Positions 6,426 through 11,121 of a stretch of DNA of 11,121 bases are shown here, in pieces (the stretch's first letter is position 1; each line of letters starts with the position of its first letter). Origin of the DNA: an archaeon (GTDB lineage: Archaea; Iainarchaeota; Iainarchaeia; Iainarchaeales; CSSED10-239); assembly GCA_041657425.1 (NCBI GenBank), contig JBBABY010000015.1, positions 1-11,121 of the forward strand, given 5' to 3'. The notes beneath the pieces were generated by a model that was given only the letters and a program-made list of their open reading frames with translations, made no database searches and was not told the origin of the DNA. A program made the position numbers and the translations under genes.

Positions 6426-7498
6426 TAGTTTCGCCGGATGTTGTGCGATGCGTTGACGTCGGCGTGCTCGGAATGGCCGCAGACACAGGAGAAAGAATGA
6501 CCGGAACGAGTTCCAATCAGACCGCATTTCCTGCATTTTTGGGAGGTGTAGGCGGGGTTGACGAAAGCCACCCCCAACCCGAGCCTCTCGGCCTTGCTGG
6601 AACACGCCTGGATCATCTGCCCGTAGAACCACTGGCTGAGTTTGCGGTGGGTTCCCTTGCGTTTCCTGTCGCCCTTGGAGACCTGGTCGAATTTCAGATC
6701 CTCGAAGACGAGCACGGAATCCTTGGGAGCCCACGAGCAGAGCTCGGCGGCGGTCTGTTTGCAGAACGTCCGGCTTCTATCGCTTTGTTTCCGTCCCAGC
6801 CGTTTCAAGGATCGGCGCACGCTCCGTGCGCTTTTTCCTTGTGCCTTCTGGACGGCCAGCTTGCTTTGCAGCCGCTGGCGGGTCTTCCTCGTCCGGCGGT
6901 TGGCCTGCGCCAACGCGGATCCGGACACGAACAAAACTTCCCCGCCCTCGACGGAGGCGACGAGCGGGTTGTTGGCTCCGAGGTCGATGCCGACCGGGGT
7001 GATGGATTTGGGATCCGGGACTTCGAGCGTCAGGCAAAGCCTGACCGCCCCGGAACCTGTGACCGTAATGCTGTCGTAGGACACGGCTTGGTCGAAGTCG
7101 GCCTTGGCGTAGTCCGGGACGATGAAATCGAGTTTCTCCCTGCCTTGGGAGGTGGTTATGGAAAGTTTGCCTTTGCCGGTGAAACTGAAGTTCTTGTTAA
7201 AAAGGAACAACGCCGCCGGACGCTTGAAGATGAACGGCCTGGTGGCCGGGCGTCCGTTGCTTCTGGCCGACGAGTAGGCCGAGGCGACGCCACGAATGGC
7301 GGAGCATTTCATCTGAGAAAGGAGAGTGGTCTCAACCGTGTGGTAGACGGCCTTCTGAAGATCGAAGGCAGACAGCGGCTCGCCGCCGTTGAAAGCGGTC
7401 TCGCTGATCGCTTTCTGGTAGCGGTTGTATTCCATGACAACCCCGACGAGGTTTTTGGAATCTTTTATCACCAGGGCTATTGTTCTTTGCGTCTTCAT
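6341..7498 (-). CDS. tnpB: TnpB (IS200/IS605-family OrfB) RNA-guided RuvC endonuclease, 385 aa, catalytic residues intact
   Basis: RuvC-I is GIDLG (Asp172, codon 6985-6983). RuvC-II is LVFEDL (Glu266). The zinc finger is C322-x2-C325 ... C338-x-C340. RuvC-III is HADVNASHN (Asp347). A basic helix RRTRKTRQRLQSKL lies between RuvC-I and RuvC-II, as in TnpB/Cas12. No HUH/Y1 tnpA is present in the window. Confidence 0.95.
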   Translation of the reverse strand: MKTQRTIALVIKDSKNLVGVVMEYNRYQKAISETAFNGGEPLSAFDLQKAVYHTVETTLLSQMKCSAIRGVASAYSSARSNGRPATRPFIFKRPAALFLFNKNFSFTGKGKLSITTSQGREKLDFIVPDYAKADFDQAVSYDSITVTGSGAVRLCLTLEVPDPKSITPVGIDLGANNPLVASVEGGEVLFVSGSALAQANRRTRKTRQRLQSKLAVQKAQGKSARSVRRSLKRLGRKQSDRSRTFCKQTAAELCSWAPKDSVLVFEDLKFDQVSKGDRKRKGTHRKLSQWFYGQMIQACSSKAERLGLGVAFVNPAYTSQKCRKCGLIGTRSGHSFSCVCGHSEHADVNASHNIRRNYAVLRDGGHQSACPEARPRKRRGQATAL

Positions 7499-7504
7499 GC
7501 TGTA

Positions 7505-7533
7505 AGAATATCACGAGGAGATTAAAATGTCAA
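7505..7533 (-). promoter_or_regulatory. Sigma70-type promoter for tnpB, predicted to give a leaderless transcript
   Basis: The - strand reads TTGACA (7533-7528), a 17-nt spacer ending in TGa (extended -10), TATTCT (7510-7505), 6 nt (tacagc), then ATG at 7498. No SD is present upstream of the ATG. Confidence 0.5.
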
Positions 7534-7563
7534 GTGTTGTTGAAAGAAATGTCATAGATGGCT

Positions 7564-7606
7564 GGCCGATTCCTCCCCGCCCTGAAGGGTCGGGGCTTCC
7601 TCGGCC
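7564..7606 (-). repeat. Imperfect inverted repeat (hairpin), candidate left-end subterminal hairpin of the tnpB element
   Basis: GGCCGA (7564-7569) pairs with TCGGCC (7601-7606). CCCCG (7575-7579) pairs with CGGGG (7591-7595). CCC (7580-7582) pairs with GGG (7587-7589) around the loop tgaa. There is one bulged T (7590) and a 5x5 pyrimidine internal loop. Confidence 0.5.
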
Positions 7607-7637
7607 AAATCCTGTGAAAAAAATTTTTTAACGCCAT

Positions 7638-7665
7638 TTGCAAGCGCGCCGGGGGGCGCTATATT
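7638..7665 (+). promoter_or_regulatory. Sigma70-type promoter for the rightward operon (466-aa gene, recA, nuclease)
   Basis: TTGCAA (7638-7643), a 16-nt GC-rich spacer, then TATATT (7660-7665). About 20 nt downstream is GGAGG (7683-7687), with a 6-nt spacer to the ATG at 7694. It lies in the only sizeable non-coding gap in the window. Confidence 0.5.
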
Positions 7666-7693
7666 TTTGTCAACCAGAAAAAGGAGGTCCTAA

Positions 7694-9094
7694 ATGCAGG
7701 ATCAACGATCGCTCGTCTTCTCATTTCCCCTGGCGTCGTGCGTCGGGGTGGACGGCGCCCTCGCCGCCGCCGCTTTCTTCCGTGGGATGGAACGTCTCGT
7801 GGAGAAAAAACTCGCCAAGTTCAAGGACGGGATCTGGGTCGGCGCCGTCCCGCGCGCCGACCTGCTCAAGAACGAGATGGCGCAGATGCCCCCGTCCCGG
7901 CTCGACAAGGGGATGGAGGAGCTGCGCGCCGCTGGCATACTGGCCAAGCTCAAGGGCGGGGACGGGGCCGGCAGCCGCACCTGGGCGTGGTCGCCTCTGG
8001 CCCTGTTTCTCGCCGAGGCCATCCCCAACGTTTTCAAGGACTGCCTGAAGGACGCCCCCGACGGTTGCCCTTTCGAGATGAAATACATCGACCGGGGGGA
8101 GCTGTCGCGCCGTCTTGACAAGGGCTATCTTCCCCCGGGGCCGCTTTCCTCGGAGGTGTTCTGCGGGATCAAGCCGGCCGTGTTCTCCTCGGAGGTCACG
8201 GGGGAGAAAGTCCTGGACGTCCTCTCCGCGCTGAACCATCTCTCGTCCTTGGGGATGCCGTACTCCCGCGTCGAGGAAGACCGTCCTTGCTCCCCCTTCC
8301 TCCCCGAGCTGCAGCTCGCCCATTCGGAGCCTTTCGGCGAGACGGCGTGGTTCGACGACCTGCTCGACCTGGCAACGCAGTTCTGCGTCGACGGCATGGC
8401 CGTCCCCGGTGGGCAGGCCCAGGTCGATCCCGCCCCGCAGGCCGCCGCCCCGGCGCAGGACGCCCCGAAAGACGCCGCCGAGGCTCTCCGCGAGGCCGCC
8501 CGCAACGATTTCGTCGCCTATTGCAACTACATGAAGCTCCCCGCCCTCAAGAACAAGGACGTGGCGGAATGGAAGAACCCGGACTTCGTGGCCCTTCTTT
8601 ATTGCCTGGCGGCGAAGGACCGCAAGGAGGAGGGCGGGTTCTCCTTCCCCAGCTACCCCGGCGACCCGGCCAGGATGAAGCCGATCCTGGAGAAATACGG
8701 CCATCAGCGGCTCTACGCCACCATCATGTACCTCGGCAATTTCCGCTCCGGGATAGCCGACGCCAACCCCAGCGTCGGGGCGGCCGGTTTCGACCTCTCC
8801 ATCTCCACCCTGGCCACCGATTGGAAGTTCAACGCCATCGAGGCGTACGGCAAGGCCAGGGCGTCGCTGAAGGCGGCCCCTGCGGCGGCCCAGCCGGCGC
8901 CGCGGGAGGAACCGCCCGTCGTCCAAGCCCAGGACGCCCTTTCCGACACGTCGCCGGCCGTCGAGGAGCCGCGGACGGCGGCTGTCCAGAAACCCCCGGA
9001 CGCAACCCCCGCACCGCCAATGGGGAAGATAAACTTCGCCGCCCTCCGCGAGAAATACGGTGCCAAGCCTGGCTCCGCCTCCAGGAGGGACTGA
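7694..9094 (+). CDS. Hypothetical protein, 466 aa; possible N-terminal winged-helix-like region, Pro/Ala-rich linkers; family not recognised
   Basis: The ATG at 7694 has a strong SD (GGAGG, 6-nt spacer). GC3 is high. The stop TGA at 9092-9094 lies 3 nt before the recA ATG. The equally long antisense ORF 7721-9124 is Arg/Gly/Leu-rich and lacks an SD. The winged-helix suggestion rests only on sequence feel of aa ~10-95 (…RADLLKNEMAQMPPSRLDKGMEELRAAGILAKLKG…). Confidence 0.8.
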   Translation: MQDQRSLVFSFPLASCVGVDGALAAAAFFRGMERLVEKKLAKFKDGIWVGAVPRADLLKNEMAQMPPSRLDKGMEELRAAGILAKLKGGDGAGSRTWAWSPLALFLAEAIPNVFKDCLKDAPDGCPFEMKYIDRGELSRRLDKGYLPPGPLSSEVFCGIKPAVFSSEVTGEKVLDVLSALNHLSSLGMPYSRVEEDRPCSPFLPELQLAHSEPFGETAWFDDLLDLATQFCVDGMAVPGGQAQVDPAPQAAAPAQDAPKDAAEALREAARNDFVAYCNYMKLPALKNKDVAEWKNPDFVALLYCLAAKDRKEEGGFSFPSYPGDPARMKPILEKYGHQRLYATIMYLGNFRSGIADANPSVGAAGFDLSISTLATDWKFNAIEAYGKARASLKAAPAAAQPAPREEPPVVQAQDALSDTSPAVEEPRTAAVQKPPDATPAPPMGKINFAALREKYGAKPGSASRRD

Positions 9095-9097
9095 GCC

Positions 9098-10297
9098 ATG
9101 GCCGCCCAAAAAACACAGAAGCACAAGAACCCGCCGATGCCGGCCGAGCTCGTCACGGCCTTGGCGGTAATCAAGAAGACCTACGGAGGCGACAACCTCG
9201 TCATCCGGCTAGGCGACAAGCGCTGCTTCGCCGACGGGAAGGGGACGATCCCCTCCTGTTCCTTCGCGGTGGACCAGGCGGTGGGTATTTTCTACCGCTC
9301 CACCAAAGGGGAGAAAATCTATGGCCTACCCCGTGGGAGGTTCATTGAGATCTACGGCGAGGAGTCCACCGGAAAGACCACCTGGTGCCTTCTCACCGCC
9401 GCCGCCGTCCAGAAAAAGGGTGGAAGGGTGGCCTTTGTGGACGTGGAGCAGACTATAGACCCCGCCTACGCCCGCAAACTGGGCGTCAACGTAGACGATC
9501 TTTGGCTCAGCCAGCCCGAATACGGGGAGCAGGCCCTCGATATCCTCATGGTGTTGGCGAAGACCAACGTGTTCGACCTCATCATCTGCGACTCCATCGC
9601 CAGTTTGCTGCCAAAGGCGGAGATGGAGAAAGCGAGCCTTGAGAACGACACCATGGGGCAGCAAGGGAAGATGATGTCGATGTTTTTCCGCAGGAACAAC
9701 CCGGTCATCGGCAAGACCATGACCACTGTCATCTTCACCAACCAGACGCGCGAGTCCCTGAAGGGTTATGGAAAGTCCACCTACCAGCCCGGCGGAAAGG
9801 GCTCGAAATTCTATAGCACGATCCGCATGGAGCTCTCCGTGGTCGCCAAGATCAAGGAGGGCGGGAAGATCGAGCTGAAGGACGGGGCCAAGGACGAGCG
9901 TCCGGTGATCGGCCAGCGCATCAAGTTCCTTGTCGTCAAAAACAAGGTGGGCACGCCGTTCCGCTACGGCGAGTTCGACTTGATCTTCGGCCATGGCGTG
10001 GACGAGGAGGGCGTCATCCTCGACTCCTGCGTGGAGAGGGGCATGATTGAGCTAAAGGGGGCGTGGTATTCCTGCGACGGCCATAACATCGGCCAAGGCA
10101 GGTCTAAAGTCGTGGAATATTTCCGGGGCGAGGGTAAAACCCAGTTCGAGTCTCTCCGGAACGCCCTTATAGACTCCTACATCGACGAGGAGGAGGTCGG
10201 GGAGATCCCCGCCGCCGGCGAGGAGCTGCATATAGCGCCAAGCGAGGAGGATATCCTTGTCGAGGCGCTTCCGGCGGTGGCGGGGCAGCAGTTTTGA
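9098..10297 (+). CDS. recA: RecA-family recombinase, 399 aa, divergent (phage- or MGE-type)
   Basis: AGGAGG at 9083-9088 lies 9 nt before the ATG at 9098. Walker A is GEESTGKTT (9356-9382) versus RecA GPESSGKTT. Walker B is FDLIICDSIASL versus VDVIVVDSVAAL. Other shared RecA motifs: DPAYARKLGV, SQPEYGEQALDI, FTNQTRE, GGKGSKFYS, VVKNKVGTPF and KGAWYS. It carries a ~10-aa insertion (GIFYRSTKGEKIYG) before the core and an acidic C-terminal tail. Confidence 0.93.
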   Translation: MAAQKTQKHKNPPMPAELVTALAVIKKTYGGDNLVIRLGDKRCFADGKGTIPSCSFAVDQAVGIFYRSTKGEKIYGLPRGRFIEIYGEESTGKTTWCLLTAAAVQKKGGRVAFVDVEQTIDPAYARKLGVNVDDLWLSQPEYGEQALDILMVLAKTNVFDLIICDSIASLLPKAEMEKASLENDTMGQQGKMMSMFFRRNNPVIGKTMTTVIFTNQTRESLKGYGKSTYQPGGKGSKFYSTIRMELSVVAKIKEGGKIELKDGAKDERPVIGQRIKFLVVKNKVGTPFRYGEFDLIFGHGVDEEGVILDSCVERGMIELKGAWYSCDGHNIGQGRSKVVEYFRGEGKTQFESLRNALIDSYIDEEEVGEIPAAGEELHIAPSEEDILVEALPAVAGQQF

Positions 10298-10686
10298 GCT
10301 GCGCCGCCCCCAGGGAGGGAGCTTCGAAGCTCCATCGTTCGGTGCTGGAGGCCGTGAAGCTCGCCTATCCCCTGCAAAGGATAGAGCAGGAGAAGGCGGT
10401 GAAAGTCTCCACCCCGGCGGGGGTGCGCACTTTGTATTTCGACATCTCCCTGCCAGGGATGAGGTTGGAGATCGAGTGCCAGGGGCGGCAACATGACGAG
10501 CCCGTCACCTTTTTCCATAGGGGGAAAGCGGGGTTCGAAAGATCGAGGAGCAACGACGAAATCAAAAGGAGATGGTGCCGGGAGAACGGACATTTCCTGG
10601 TGGAGATCCCCGATGGCGTGAAGCTGACGGGGGCTAGTTTCAAAAAAATGGTCGACAAGGCCATCAAAATCCAGAGCAAGGAATAA
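10294..10686 (+). CDS. Small PD-(D/E)xK-like nuclease (DUF559/Vsr-like motif), 130 aa; start codon uncertain
   Basis: The motif YFD(50)ISLPGMRLE(59)IE(61)CQGRQH(67) ... RSNDEIKRRWCRENGHFLVEI resembles the D-x(8-10)-(I/V)E-x-D-G-x-x-H ... D..R...L...G fingerprint of DUF559/Vsr-like endonucleases, with Gln in place of Asp. The only start that keeps the motif is the TTG at 10294, which overlaps the recA TGA (TTGA, 10294-10297). The first in-frame ATG would delete Asp50. Confidence 0.65.
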   Translation: MSCAAPREGASKLHRSVLEAVKLAYPLQRIEQEKAVKVSTPAGVRTLYFDISLPGMRLEIECQGRQHDEPVTFFHRGKAGFERSRSNDEIKRRWCRENGHFLVEIPDGVKLTGASFKKMVDKAIKIQSKE

Positions 10687-10690
10687 AAAA

Positions 10691-11121
10691 ATGGCGACGG
10701 AAAACACAGACGCGATGATGACTGAGGACGAGCTCAACGCTATGTTCGGAGACATCCCCCTCTACGATGGCGGCGGCGACGATTCCCAAGACGCCCCTCC
10801 CACCCCGCAGGGGAACGCCCCGCCGTGCGCCGGTTGGGGTCCGCCCCCGGCTCCGGTGTGCGCGCCGCAACCGCAAGGGCGTCCGGCCCTTCCATGGAAC
10901 GCCCCCAAACAGGATCTCCCCGCGGCCCCGGCGTTGCCGCAAGCCCCCTCCGCCCCGCCGGCCCAGCGCCAGGCCGCCGTCCAGAAACCCCAGGAGCCGC
11001 CCCGGCGGGAAGAGCCCCCGAAAGAGGAGCCCGCCCGCGCCGCGGAGAACGACTCGCACGCGGCCGCCGGCCAGGACGACGCCGCTTTCCGCAAGGGTCT
11101 CAAAGAGGCGTCGAAGGCCAT
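10691..11121 (+). CDS. Proline-rich hypothetical protein, 3'-partial (runs off the window); not in the supplied ORF track
   Basis: My own translation from the ATG at 10691 reads MATENTDAMMTEDELNAMFGDIPLYDGGGDDSQDAPPTPQGNAPP...AAFRKGLKEASKA, with no stop to the window end. It starts 5 nt after the upstream TAA, with AAGGA about 9 nt upstream. GC3 is high. The two listed - strand ORFs here are Gly/Arg/Ala-rich shadows. Confidence 0.6.
   Translation, partial: MATENTDAMMTEDELNAMFGDIPLYDGGGDDSQDAPPTPQGNAPPCAGWGPPPAPVCAPQPQGRPALPWNAPKQDLPAAPALPQAPSAPPAQRQAAVQKPQEPPRREEPPKEEPARAAENDSHAAAGQDDAAFRKGLKEASKA

Larger units (their letters stand above)
6306..7625 (-). mobile_element. Solo-tnpB IS200/IS605-family (IS1341-like) element; both boundaries are approximate
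   Basis: Intact tnpB without tnpA. A subterminal imperfect hairpin lies upstream of tnpB (7564-7606). Structured sequence lies at and after the tnpB 3' end. The motifs GGCCGA and TCGGGGC are shared on the same strand by both end regions. Exact cleavage sites and the TAM cannot be read without related copies or an empty site. Confidence 0.5.

Noticed and set aside
6443-7525. 360-aa + strand ORF opposite tnpB
   Set aside because: It is the antisense shadow of a gene with unmistakable TnpB motifs. Its composition is Gly/Arg/Leu-rich and no motif is recognisable.
7527-7631. 34-aa micro-ORF on the + strand (MSSVVERNVIDGWPIPPRPEGSGLPRPNPVKKIF) with AGGAG 6 nt upstream of its ATG
   Set aside because: Third positions are mostly A/T, unlike every credible gene here. 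It simply spans the tnpB promoter spacer and the left-end hairpin, so the SD-like AGGAG is more economically explained as chance. It is not excluded, but there is no support beyond the SD.
7721-9124. 467-aa ORF on the - strand, as long as the + strand gene it overlaps
   Set aside because: It is extremely Arg/Gly/Leu/Pro-rich, typical of an antisense shadow in high-GC coding DNA. It has no SD and would run head-on through recA's start. The + strand ORF has a strong SD, normal composition and operon-like spacing.
10664-11121. Two - strand ORFs (10664-11059 and 10762-11121) at the right edge
   Set aside because: They give Gly/Arg/Ala-rich translations with no SD. They overlap an open + strand frame that follows the operon directly and has the expected GC3 bias.
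1-11121. Looked for CRISPR repeats, tRNA/rRNA genes, a Y1 (HUH) tnpA, integrase/recombinase genes and long direct or terminal inverted repeats
   Set aside because: None was recognised by eye. Non-coding space is limited to about 195 nt (7499-7693) and 84 nt (6257-6340), too little for these features. A computational repeat or tRNA scan would be needed to be certain.

Overview
GC-rich, almost fully coding 11.1-kb window with a strong G/C preference at codon position 3. By inference, the gene content looks like a phage, prophage or other mobile element rather than core chromosome. Left half (+ strand, tightly packed or overlapping genes): a protein of at least 1305 aa runs in from the left edge. 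It carries a CxxCxGxG zinc-knuckle pair, a beta-sandwich-like middle and C-terminal propeller-like repeats. It is followed by two unrecognisable proteins (128 and 376 aa) and a minimal S8/subtilisin-like serine peptidase. Centre (- strand): an 80-aa orphan ORF and an intact IS200/IS605-family TnpB (OrfB) RNA-guided-nuclease gene with the RuvC D/E/D residues and a CxxC..CxC zinc finger, and no tnpA. This gene has a near-consensus promoter that places the transcription start on its ATG and an imperfect subterminal hairpin upstream. Four abutting stem-loops plus a possible pseudoknot lie in and just after its 3' end (candidate omega-RNA). Right half (+ strand): a sigma70-like promoter sits in the only sizeable non-coding gap (7499-7693). 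It is followed by a 466-aa orphan protein, a divergent RecA-family recombinase and a translationally coupled 130-aa nuclease-like protein with a DUF559/Vsr-type PD-(D/E)xK motif. A proline-rich ORF then runs off the right edge and is absent from the supplied ORF track. No rRNA, tRNA or CRISPR array was seen. The most checkable unusual items are three: the solo TnpB/omega-RNA cassette lying antisense between two co-directional modules, the 74-nt convergent overlap where the peptidase loses codon bias and its expected C-terminal motif, and the RecA-nuclease pair. I cannot demonstrate a clearly new multi-gene system from sequence alone. Calls other than TnpB, RecA and the S8 peptidase are motif-level inferences.
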